Shown here: piece after piece, positions 26,276-35,057 of the stretch
Numbering within the stretch: the stretch's first letter is position 1
How the letters are laid out: every line of letters starts with the position of its first letter
DNA from: a virus
Taxonomy: Duplodnaviria; Caudoviricetes
Length of the DNA stretch: 35,096 nucleotides
Virus record (IMG/VR): IMGVR_UViG_3300005259_000015
Span: 1-35,096 of that record
Direction: 5' to 3' (one strand)
Notes under the pieces: model-generated
What the model saw: only the letters and a program-made list of their open reading frames with translations
Told to the model about the DNA's origin: nothing
Databases searched by the model: none
Made by a program: the position numbers and the translations under genes

Positions 26276-26925
26276 ATAAATGGACTGAGATATTGATAGT
26301 GACTTTGGTATTGATAATCATCGGGCTTGGTATATGGATGACATTGAATCTGATTAAGAGTGACGTGCCTGAGCCGAGTCCGGCGGTGCTGTACAAACGT
26401 GATACTGTTACGGTGGTTGAATATAAAGACGTGATTAAATACAGAGACAAATTTATTTATAAGACTATCTATACAAACGTGACACCATTAGTGCCGAGTG
26501 CTGAGGTGGTTCATGATACAACTTTCATCAACTCGGTAAAATACAGGGATATGATTTTATCTTTAGAAAAGCAGAGAAAAAAGATAATAGTATTTGGTTG
26601 GAACGAGAATGATTCACTTTTGAAAAAATACGAATTTGAGAATGTGGGAAATGAATTTGTGGCTTATGCGGATTCGGGAGCGGTGAGAATTGACAAGAAG
26701 AGAGTTGAGTGGACGGGCTTGGATTTATTTGTGAGGTCAGAATTTACAGTTTCAAAAACATTTTTAAGAGATGCGACGGGTCAATTTATTGAGGACAGGA
26801 ATCATTCGATTGGGTTGAAGACAGGGATACAGATGGGGAAGATAGGGATTGACGGGAGTATGCATTATAATTTATTCAACAGGGATTGGATATTAGAAGG
26901 GCAATTAAATTTAAAACTATATTAA
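26272..26925 (+). CDS. Putative spanin-like membrane protein
   Basis: N-terminal TM, DTV/HDT repeats, C-terminal amphipathic strands ending in Tyr; coupled to endolysin. Confidence 0.5.
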   Translation: MNKWTEILIVTLVLIIIGLGIWMTLNLIKSDVPEPSPAVLYKRDTVTVVEYKDVIKYRDKFIYKTIYTNVTPLVPSAEVVHDTTFINSVKYRDMILSLEKQRKKIIVFGWNENDSLLKKYEFENVGNEFVAYADSGAVRIDKKRVEWTGLDLFVRSEFTVSKTFLRDATGQFIEDRNHSIGLKTGIQMGKIGIDGSMHYNLFNRDWILEGQLNLKLY

Positions 26926-26926
26926 A

Positions 26927-27340
26927 ATGGCAGAAAAAATACAATTAAAGGGAAGAGAATTTATAGTCGAAGAGCCGACTTTAAAACAGCTTAGGGATAT
27001 AAAAGATTTATTGGGTCATGATATAATCTCGGGATTATCTTCTGAGCAATTAGATAAAATGTTAAGTGACCCGAAAATTATTTCCCAATTAATGGCGATA
27101 CTTATCACTGAAATAGACCAATCAAGAACAGCTATAGAATCAAAAGCAGTGGTTGTAGCAGAAAAAGATATTAATGAATTATCTGAATTTTTCTATCAGC
27201 ACGGAACTCTCAGGATATTCAAGGAAGTATTAAGTTTTTTTACATCAGCCTTGAGAGAGGCTTTGGGTATTGGTGGGGCGAAACCAGTAGCAGTGGCAGC
27301 AGCAGACAAAACAACGGCAGTCAAAGCCAAGGTCAAATAG
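26927..27340 (+). CDS. Tail assembly chaperone (gpG-like)
   Basis: Upstream of tape measure; contains slippery T TTT TTT. Confidence 0.75.
   Translation: MAEKIQLKGREFIVEEPTLKQLRDIKDLLGHDIISGLSSEQLDKMLSDPKIISQLMAILITEIDQSRTAIESKAVVVAEKDINELSEFFYQHGTLRIFKEVLSFFTSALREALGIGGAKPVAVAAADKTTAVKAKVK
27235..27262 (+). promoter_or_regulatory. Programmed -1 frameshift signal
   Basis: T7 at 27235-27241 in X XXY YYZ phase; AGCCT/AGGCT hairpin 27247-27262; -1 frame open into the 27358 ORF. Confidence 0.75.
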
Positions 27341-27726
27341 ATTACAAAGAAATTGCGATGGTGACTGCGGGATATGACATAGTGAAATTTGAAAAGGTGT
27401 ACAGGTCGATGAGTGCTGCTTTGGCTATGTACACTTTCTCAAAAATAATCGAGAAGAAAAATTCTGAGACAAAGGAAAGATACAGAATAGTATTTATGCA
27501 GATGGACTGGATAGCAAAATGTTTTGCGGGTGAAGATACGGGGCTGCTGGAGAAGTTTGAAGAAACAGTTGCAGTTGCAGATGCAGCGGCAGGAGAGACA
27601 GGAGAAGCAGTTGCAGGAGCAGTTGCAGTGGCAGTAGCAGCTCCCGGGATGACGGAAGATAAAGAGAACAGTTTGATTTCGAACTTAGCAAAATTGGGAT
27701 TTAAAATTAATAAACCGAAAAGATAA
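27241..27726 (+). CDS. Tail assembly chaperone gpT-like segment (via frameshift)
   Basis: Frame open from 27241 (YISLERG...) through track ORF 27358-27726. Confidence 0.7.
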   Translation, partial: YISLERGFGYWWGETSSSGSSRQNNGSQSQGQIDYKEIAMVTAGYDIVKFEKVYRSMSAALAMYTFSKIIEKKNSETKERYRIVFMQMDWIAKCFAGEDTGLLEKFEETVAVADAAAGETGEAVAGAVAVAVAAPGMTEDKENSLISNLAKLGFKINKPKR

Positions 27727-30700
27727 TGGCTGAAAATTTAGGGAATGCGAATTTAGAATTAAGGGTTGACTTAGAAAAATTCAGTAATGAATTAAAGACA
27801 GCTCTTTCGATGGTGAAGCAGACAATGGTCGAGATGAAAAACGGTCTGAACATCAACGTTGACAACGTGAATTTTGCGCCGATTAAAGACGGTTTAAAGG
27901 GTGTTGATGAAGCGGCTAAAGACACTTCGAAAAGTGTTGAAGGGATAGATGCAGCGAGTGGTAAAGTCATTACAGGCTTTGCAAAGATGGAAGTAATGCG
28001 CGGAGTACTTGACGGAGTTAAGCAGGCATTTGGTGAGCTGAAGAACTACGTAATGAATCTGGGTAATGAATATGCCGATACAGAATTGGTGCAAGAAAAA
28101 TTGAGGATGGGACTTGAGCGGATTGGAGCGGGCGATTACTTCAGTAAACTCAAACAGCAAGCGGATGAGCTGCATAAGATAACACCATTTGATGATCAGG
28201 ACATTACGAATATGCAAAGCATACTCACGACATTTGACGGGATAAGCGGTGCAGCGATTCAGAACCTCACACCTTCTATTTTGAACTTAGCATCGGCATT
28301 TGCAAGAGCCGGTGACACGGGAATGGACTTACAGCAAATAGCGATAATGATTGGTAAGTCGGGAGCGGCTGAAATGGCGGGTGCACTTCAAAGAGTTGGT
28401 ATAGTAATGTCAGAGACACAGAAAGAAATGTGGGGCACGATGACAGCGGCACAGCGATTTGATGAAATGCAAAAGATACTTGCGGCAAACTCGAGCATCA
28501 CAGCAGAGGCATTCGGGAAAACATTAGCGGGACAAATCAAGATAGCGGAGAATGCATTCGGTGACATAAAAGAAGCGATTGGAAAAGCATTTGCACCAAT
28601 GATAATAGAAGTAAGTAATGCGATAGTAGGATTGTCACAATTATTCCAAAAACTACCCGAAGGTATTCAGGCTACTATTGGAGTTGTTGTAGGATTGGGA
28701 GTAGCGACATTAGCACTTTTGCCGGTGCTTACTGCATTAAACATTGAGCTTGGCGGAATACCTATTATAATCGGCTCTATTGTGGCGGTAGGCGTAGGAT
28801 TAGGAGTGTTGGGTGCATCAGCAAATGTAACAAAAAAATCAGTCTTAGATTTATCAGGAGAATTAACATCAACAAGAAATATTTTAGGAGAGTTAAATAT
28901 TATCGCAGAATATTATGATGCAGTTACAATCGGTAATACAATAAGTTCGACTGATTTTAAAAATTCTTTACAAGCAGTAGCTCAACAATATCCCGGGATA
29001 ATTTCAGGAGTAGATGAAGAGACAGGAGCGCAAAAAGTAAATTTACAAGTTCTTAATGATTTGATTGAGGCAAAGAAAGAAGAAATCAGAGTAAAAGAAA
29101 GAGCAATACAAATTCAACAAACCGAAGAGCTCGGGAAAAATATAGAGGTTTACACTGATGCACAAAAGGATTACAATAAACTTGTCTCAGAGGAAATCGA
29201 TTTAAAAAGCGAGTTGATTGAGTTCAATCAAAGGAATTACAGCAACAGCGAAAAGGGCGAACAACAAAAAGCATACGATTTGAATGTTGTGAATAAAAAG
29301 CACGATGAAGTGATACAGAAATTAGCGGTATCAACTGACGGGGCAGATAAACTAAGGAATAGTTTTAGAGATATGATAATCACCGCTTTAAAGGTAGGGA
29401 ATGTAGAGACAGAAATACAACGATTAAAAAATTCGACAATAAACAATGTAGATGCAACAAATTTATTGAAGTCGGCGTTTCAAAATTTCGCAAGTCCTGC
29501 AATAATGAGTTTATTGGGGTTAGACTCGGCGATGAAAAAAAGTGCAGACCTGTCGAAACTTTTTTATGAAGCATTACAATTGGCACAGGCAGGTAATTTT
29601 GAAGCTGCATTTAAAAAGTATCAAGAAGTAATGGAAAAAGCGAAGACCGTTCCCACGACAATAACTCCTCCCGGAGCGGGACCAAAAGGTAATACAGGTG
29701 ACTCGGGTAAATCGAAAGAAGACGATGACATACTGAAATCGGTTACGGCTGATTACGACCACAGATTAAGGATAATGGATGACGAGGTTAAACTTGGTCA
29801 AAAGAGCGTACAGCAGCAGAAGGAATTATTGGGGCTTTATCAGGCAGCACTTGAGAATATAACGGGTTCGCTGACAAAGACAGAAGACAGGAACAAAGCA
29901 GAAGAGAAGATTTCAGATTTAAAAATAAAACAGGCGGACATTGATAAGAAGAACTCAGAAGAACTGAAGAAATACGACAAAGACAGAAATACAATAATCA
30001 GTGACGTTGAAACTTTTGTTGAAAAGAGAAAAATGAAAGTCCTCGAAGGGATTGCAAAAGAAGTATCGGAGATTGAGAACTCGTATAGATTGATGCAAGA
30101 CAGAGTATCTCAGTCTGGAATCTCAGAAGACGATAAAGTATTTTTGAATGAGAAACTGAACTTCGATAAAACAATGGAGCTGAATAATCTGAAGATTCAG
30201 AATGAAAAAAATGCACTTGATGAATTAAGGCAAATGAAGAATAAGAATATAGAAGATGAATATGCAATGGGTGTTGATGCAGTGAACAAGAAATACGACA
30301 AAGAAAAAGAGAGAATCCAGAAGACATATATTGAAGGGACTTCCAGAAGTAATATGTTAAAAGAGCTTGAGATTGCGAGAGTGAAAGAGCTTGAGACAAT
30401 ACAGACGGATTCGGGGAAGAGGGTAACTGCGCTTTTACAAGCTGGATTCCAAGGAGTACAGAGTATAATCGGTAATGGGTTTAATGAGATGTGGAACGAT
30501 GTATTTGGAGAGGCAAACTCATTATTTGAAATGTTTATAAAAAGTGTAATTCAGAAATTAACAGAGATTGCGGCATCGGCATTTTTCGTAATGATATTGA
30601 GAGCGATAGGGGTTTACGGAGGGGGCGGTGCTTCGGCAGCGTTTGCAACAGGCGGATATACAGGAGACGGAAATCCGACGGATATTGCAGGGGCGGTACA

Positions 30701-31043
30701 CTACAAAGAATTTGTAATCAATGAAGAAGGATTGAGTGTACCCGGCAACAGAGGATTTGCAGAGCTGATGAATCAGGGCAAGAGCATAGGAGATATGATA
30801 AGGAATATGATACCGAAACAAGTGAGTTATGATATGCCAAGTTATGATTTTAGTCCGAGTACATCCGGCGGGAGTAAAATAATCAATGTAAACATTGGAG
30901 ACGTTAACACATCGGTACATAAATTAACAGGACTCGGCGAAAAAGATTGGATTGACGTAGTTGATGAAGTAATACCAAAAATAGCCGACGGTTTACACAG
31001 AATCGGGAAAGAAGTTTTAGACAAATCATTAAAAAATAATTAA
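27726..31043 (+). CDS. Tape measure protein
   Basis: 1105 aa, helical with a hydrophobic stretch; FATGGYTGDG...AGAVHYKEFVI. Confidence 0.93.
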   Translation: MAENLGNANLELRVDLEKFSNELKTALSMVKQTMVEMKNGLNINVDNVNFAPIKDGLKGVDEAAKDTSKSVEGIDAASGKVITGFAKMEVMRGVLDGVKQAFGELKNYVMNLGNEYADTELVQEKLRMGLERIGAGDYFSKLKQQADELHKITPFDDQDITNMQSILTTFDGISGAAIQNLTPSILNLASAFARAGDTGMDLQQIAIMIGKSGAAEMAGALQRVGIVMSETQKEMWGTMTAAQRFDEMQKILAANSSITAEAFGKTLAGQIKIAENAFGDIKEAIGKAFAPMIIEVSNAIVGLSQLFQKLPEGIQATIGVVVGLGVATLALLPVLTALNIELGGIPIIIGSIVAVGVGLGVLGASANVTKKSVLDLSGELTSTRNILGELNIIAEYYDAVTIGNTISSTDFKNSLQAVAQQYPGIISGVDEETGAQKVNLQVLNDLIEAKKEEIRVKERAIQIQQTEELGKNIEVYTDAQKDYNKLVSEEIDLKSELIEFNQRNYSNSEKGEQQKAYDLNVVNKKHDEVIQKLAVSTDGADKLRNSFRDMIITALKVGNVETEIQRLKNSTINNVDATNLLKSAFQNFASPAIMSLLGLDSAMKKSADLSKLFYEALQLAQAGNFEAAFKKYQEVMEKAKTVPTTITPPGAGPKGNTGDSGKSKEDDDILKSVTADYDHRLRIMDDEVKLGQKSVQQQKELLGLYQAALENITGSLTKTEDRNKAEEKISDLKIKQADIDKKNSEELKKYDKDRNTIISDVETFVEKRKMKVLEGIAKEVSEIENSYRLMQDRVSQSGISEDDKVFLNEKLNFDKTMELNNLKIQNEKNALDELRQMKNKNIEDEYAMGVDAVNKKYDKEKERIQKTYIEGTSRSNMLKELEIARVKELETIQTDSGKRVTALLQAGFQGVQSIIGNGFNEMWNDVFGEANSLFEMFIKSVIQKLTEIAASAFFVMILRAIGVYGGGGASAAFATGGYTGDGNPTDIAGAVHYKEFVINEEGLSVPGNRGFAELMNQGKSIGDMIRNMIPKQVSYDMPSYDFSPSTSGGSKIINVNIGDVNTSVHKLTGLGEKDWIDVVDEVIPKIADGLHRIGKEVLDKSLKNN

Positions 31044-31044
31044 T

Positions 31045-31842
31045 ATGGTAAAAATAATTTTAATAACCATATTGTTGATGTCAACAATATGCTTTGCACA
31101 GACGGACACGTTTTACAATGCTCCGAGTGCATACACAACATACTATCATTTGCGAATGTGGGATGAAGGAGACAGACCGGGAGCGGACTCGATAAATCAG
31201 AATTTAAAAGATATAGACAGTTATTTGAATAGTATTTATACGAGTTCAGTACACACTACGGGTAATCAATTCATATCCGGTAACAAAACATTCGACAAAT
31301 TATATACGCGGAAAATAACGGTACTTTCGACAAACACGAGCATAGACTCTTCGAACAAATATTACAACAGAACGGACTTTATGACGGAAGCTCCATACTG
31401 CAATTACATACCTGCAAATGGGGGTCAGCTTGCGAATAAATATTACGTAGATACAGTAGCGGGGACACTGAATTCTCAGATGGTGCATAAAACGGGCAAT
31501 GAATCAATACAAGGAGAAAAGACATTTGAATCGCCCATGACAATTGGTGAGAGTGATGGAAGTACGAGTTTGAACTTTCAATCAACTGACGATTTTTATT
31601 TGAAATGGAACGGGAACAGTTATCTGAACTACAACGGGACACGGACTACACTGAACGGGAATCTTGACATAACCGGAGCGTATAAAGTGAATAACGTTAC
31701 AGGATACTTAACGAGCGGTTACGGAACAAAGGCGGGAGCAACTCTTTACGTAGCATCGGGAAGCGGCGGTTCGCCTACGACAGAGCTGAATTACGTGACA
31801 CTGACAATTAACGGGACATCTTATGACATAATAGTGAGATGA
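31045..31842 (+). CDS. Tail-fibre-like protein with N-terminal signal peptide
   Basis: MVKIILITILLMSTICFA|Q; DSINQNLKDID anchor-like motif; VHTTGNQFISGNKTF and VHKTGNESIQGEKTF repeats. Confidence 0.72.
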   Translation: MVKIILITILLMSTICFAQTDTFYNAPSAYTTYYHLRMWDEGDRPGADSINQNLKDIDSYLNSIYTSSVHTTGNQFISGNKTFDKLYTRKITVLSTNTSIDSSNKYYNRTDFMTEAPYCNYIPANGGQLANKYYVDTVAGTLNSQMVHKTGNESIQGEKTFESPMTIGESDGSTSLNFQSTDDFYLKWNGNSYLNYNGTRTTLNGNLDITGAYKVNNVTGYLTSGYGTKAGATLYVASGSGGSPTTELNYVTLTINGTSYDIIVR

Positions 31843-32075
31843 AGAAATTATTTATCATAATATTGATATTTATTTCAGTTGAATTATATTCACAGGATTC
31901 GGCAAAATTCGTGATTGACACATTCAGGGTTGAATCCGGAATATTGATTTCGAAAGAAGGGATAGGGTTTATTCCCTTCCAGAATATCTCAGGTGAGCAA
32001 CTGAAATACATACAAGAACTCATACTATACTTTGAGACCGGGAACAGATTGAAAAAATGGATACAGACTAAATAA
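31839..32075 (+). CDS. Small signal-peptide-bearing protein
   Basis: MKKLFIIILIFISVELYS|Q; coupled at both ends. Confidence 0.65.
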   Translation: MKKLFIIILIFISVELYSQDSAKFVIDTFRVESGILISKEGIGFIPFQNISGEQLKYIQELILYFETGNRLKKWIQTK

Positions 32076-34486
32076 TGCAGGCACTTCACGCAGACATATT
32101 AGCAATACAGGAATCGCAATCAGTACCGAGCATCGCTTGGGAAGTGGTATTTAAGATTAATGGAATGGATTACGATGTGAGTGACAGGTTGATGACAGGT
32201 GATCCGGGAATAATTGACTCAGCGGATTACAGAGAGAATCTGACATACGTGAATGAGCTTTCGCTGAAGCTGAATAATGAAGATGGATATATAACAAATC
32301 AGAGCGGGACCGGGGTATTGGATGTTGACATTGACAGTGAGATTGAAGTAGTGATAAGCGGATACTTTAATGTAGCCGGTGGGATTGATCATAAGATTGC
32401 GAAGTACGGCGGGTGGATAGATTTGAAGAGATTAAAACCTAACTTTACAGAGTATTATTGTGAAGTCGGGATATACAGTTATTTGGGCTTAGGCGATTAC
32501 GTTTCTGCGGCGAACATAACAACACAATATTTTGATACAAACGGCTTGATACTTTGGTCAACAGGACTTTGGGTAAGGAATGCGAACATAACAGGGAAAG
32601 TCTTAAAACTCGGGATACATTCAATTGAGACAAAGACTGAAGAAGGATATTTTGCAAGACTTGACGACGGGGAGTGGGTTGAGATTACACCCGGCGCAGC
32701 TGCGGAATATACACTTTCGAATATTGACGATTCGCAGCAAGTAACGATATACTTTTATTCATTGTATGAATTTGTGACTGATGCAATATCTTATATTGTA
32801 GTCACAGAAGAAGGCGAACAATATCCGCAAACATTTTACTATTATACTGAAATTCGAACAGTGATTAAAGAGGCATTTAAGTATCTTAAAATCACAAATA
32901 CGAGTATTGAAAGATATGACATACCGACCTATGATGAACGGAAGGTTTTATCGATAATGAAGACAATGCTTGGTGATATGATAACGGATGCAGCATCGGT
33001 AGTAAGTGATGGTGAATATAAATTTTTTATTTCTGTGGCAACACCATCGCCGACGAACTTAAATCAAATTTGGTATTACAATTCGAATACGGAGGTTTTA
33101 GAAAAGATTTATGAGACCGGTGTTAATACATTTACAAAGCACAGATTAGTATATGAGCCGACATTGAACTACTTATTTGCATTTTATTCAAATCCTGAAG
33201 AAGATGAAGATAACGGAATGCTCCAAGCGATTAACCTCAGTAACAACTCTTACCAGACAATATACACAAATGCAGGACTGGAGAATGCAGATGTATATAT
33301 TAGATTTTTGTATTATGCAGCGGAGACGTGTTTCTTCCTGATACAATCAGACGGCATTGATATGATTAGTAATAATGGGGCTGTATCGAGAGTGCTCAAT
33401 GATTCAGGGATAGAGACTAACGGGATGAGTTTTATTTATGAGGATTACATAAATTTGGTAGTCTGGTTATACTACACTAAGAATGACAGTGGCACAAGAA
33501 AGGTTTACAGAGTAAATCCAAGTGAGCCGGGTACACCTGAATACATAGCGGATTTTTTCACAAATTCGGATTATAACAATTATTATTGCACTCCGTTTTA
33601 TTCGGAAGGATATGTGCTTCTGATTCATAATAATAATGTGTTGAAGAAATTCACACTTGACGGGCACTTTAGCGACATATCACTTGGCGGTTTAGAGATA
33701 TACTCTTTATTCGAATACGCAGAACGGATGTATTGCTTTCTACAATCATCTGATTTAACAGATAAACGTATCGGATATATAACCAATAGCGGACTGGAGA
33801 TTGAGTCCGGTAACATAAATGATGTACGGCTATTTAAGATCAACACAAATTGGATTGCACAAAGACAGAAACTATGTCAGTTTAAAAACATAAATAACGA
33901 ATATGATTTGGCTTTGATTTCGAACAGACCCGGGTTTCTATTTCGCTGGTCTAAATGGGTAACACCGTTTATTTATGGGGAATTTGATTATACGAGCAAG
34001 ACAATTCGAGAGTTGCTTCAGGAGACAGCCAATAATTATTTAGGGTTTATCAGAGTATCTTATGCAAAGGTCGGTCAGTTTATTTCGAGGGATTCTACAT
34101 TATCAAATAATTCGATTACTATCCAGAAGAAATATATCAAGGACAGAAGTGCGGAGAGGGTTTACTCGGAAAAATATAACGGTGTAAAGGTAAGTAACGG
34201 GACTGTCGATGCTTACTATGGTAATAGGGCTGTGAACGCGAAGACATTATCGTTGGATTTGCAATTTGTGGCTGATGAAATTGTAATGGATATGGCTAAA
34301 TACTTTTACGATTACTACCAGATTTTGAGGAAATTATTCACGATTAAATACATACCGACATTCTACAATTATGATGCTATTGAAAAAGCGAACTTGAGTG
34401 AACTTGGATTGGGCATAGGGAAGATACACAAACTATCACCAAAGGAAAGTGTTTTGGAATTAACCATAATGACAGAAGATGAGTAA
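32075..34486 (+). CDS. Tail tip/hub protein with probable beta-propeller insertion
   Basis: LSLKLNNEDG hub-type start; Tyr-rich beta repeats; position after tape measure. Confidence 0.62.
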   Translation: MQALHADILAIQESQSVPSIAWEVVFKINGMDYDVSDRLMTGDPGIIDSADYRENLTYVNELSLKLNNEDGYITNQSGTGVLDVDIDSEIEVVISGYFNVAGGIDHKIAKYGGWIDLKRLKPNFTEYYCEVGIYSYLGLGDYVSAANITTQYFDTNGLILWSTGLWVRNANITGKVLKLGIHSIETKTEEGYFARLDDGEWVEITPGAAAEYTLSNIDDSQQVTIYFYSLYEFVTDAISYIVVTEEGEQYPQTFYYYTEIRTVIKEAFKYLKITNTSIERYDIPTYDERKVLSIMKTMLGDMITDAASVVSDGEYKFFISVATPSPTNLNQIWYYNSNTEVLEKIYETGVNTFTKHRLVYEPTLNYLFAFYSNPEEDEDNGMLQAINLSNNSYQTIYTNAGLENADVYIRFLYYAAETCFFLIQSDGIDMISNNGAVSRVLNDSGIETNGMSFIYEDYINLVVWLYYTKNDSGTRKVYRVNPSEPGTPEYIADFFTNSDYNNYYCTPFYSEGYVLLIHNNNVLKKFTLDGHFSDISLGGLEIYSLFEYAERMYCFLQSSDLTDKRIGYITNSGLEIESGNINDVRLFKINTNWIAQRQKLCQFKNINNEYDLALISNRPGFLFRWSKWVTPFIYGEFDYTSKTIRELLQETANNYLGFIRVSYAKVGQFISRDSTLSNNSITIQKKYIKDRSAERVYSEKYNGVKVSNGTVDAYYGNRAVNAKTLSLDLQFVADEIVMDMAKYFYDYYQILRKLFTIKYIPTFYNYDAIEKANLSELGLGIGKIHKLSPKESVLELTIMTEDE

Positions 34487-34955
34487 TGTAATAGAAGGCA
34501 AATCATATCCCACTTTGAGTTGGGGAGGTAAGGTATATAAACTACCTGAGCCGACGGGACCGGATAGGAGTTCTTTAAGGCAATATGATTTTAATGAGAT
34601 ACAGAAATCAACCTACTTCTCGGAAGGCAAGAATCTGATTACAGTTGGTCGCAAATGGCAATTCGTTGCAAACTTATCTTGGTATTCAACCAACAAAGTG
34701 ACATTAAAAATGCTTCAGTTAGCGGCTTGTCAAGAGTATGTAGAGTTTGTATTGAACTCGGAAATCCCATCGATAAAATTCAATGTCAAAGTCATATCTC
34801 CGAAGTTTAGATTTATGGCAGGACTAAGGCATTCTTATTCGGTTTCGGTTCAGATGGTTGGTTCGGAATTACTCGATGCACCCGGTTACGGTGATCTTGA
34901 AATAGCGGGTTATGGGTTGGATTACGGTAACACACAAATAGGACAGACACCTTAA
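34479..34955 (+). CDS. Putative distal-tail-like structural protein
   Basis: 158 aa beta-rich, KWQFVANLSW; C-terminal GYGLDYG. Confidence 0.45.
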   Translation: MSNVIEGKSYPTLSWGGKVYKLPEPTGPDRSSLRQYDFNEIQKSTYFSEGKNLITVGRKWQFVANLSWYSTNKVTLKMLQLAACQEYVEFVLNSEIPSIKFNVKVISPKFRFMAGLRHSYSVSVQMVGSELLDAPGYGDLEIAGYGLDYGNTQIGQTP

Positions 34956-35018
34956 GAAAAAACAAATACTATGCCATAAATCGTAAGTGACGGAAATGTC
35001 AGTAACTTAACAGGTAAA

Positions 35019-35057
35019 ATTCCAAATAATCGTGCAATTTATTCCAAAAAATCGTGA
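35019..35057 (-). repeat. Right-end transposase binding sites (putative)
   Basis: 35019-35039 is the exact reverse complement of 104-124; adjacent TATTCCAAAAAATCGTG at 35040-35056 is a second site. Confidence 0.8.

Noticed and set aside
31045-34955. Mu-type invertible tail-fibre segment, invertase or mom
   Set aside because: No serine recombinase, no inverted fibre cassette and no acetyltransferase-like ORF seen
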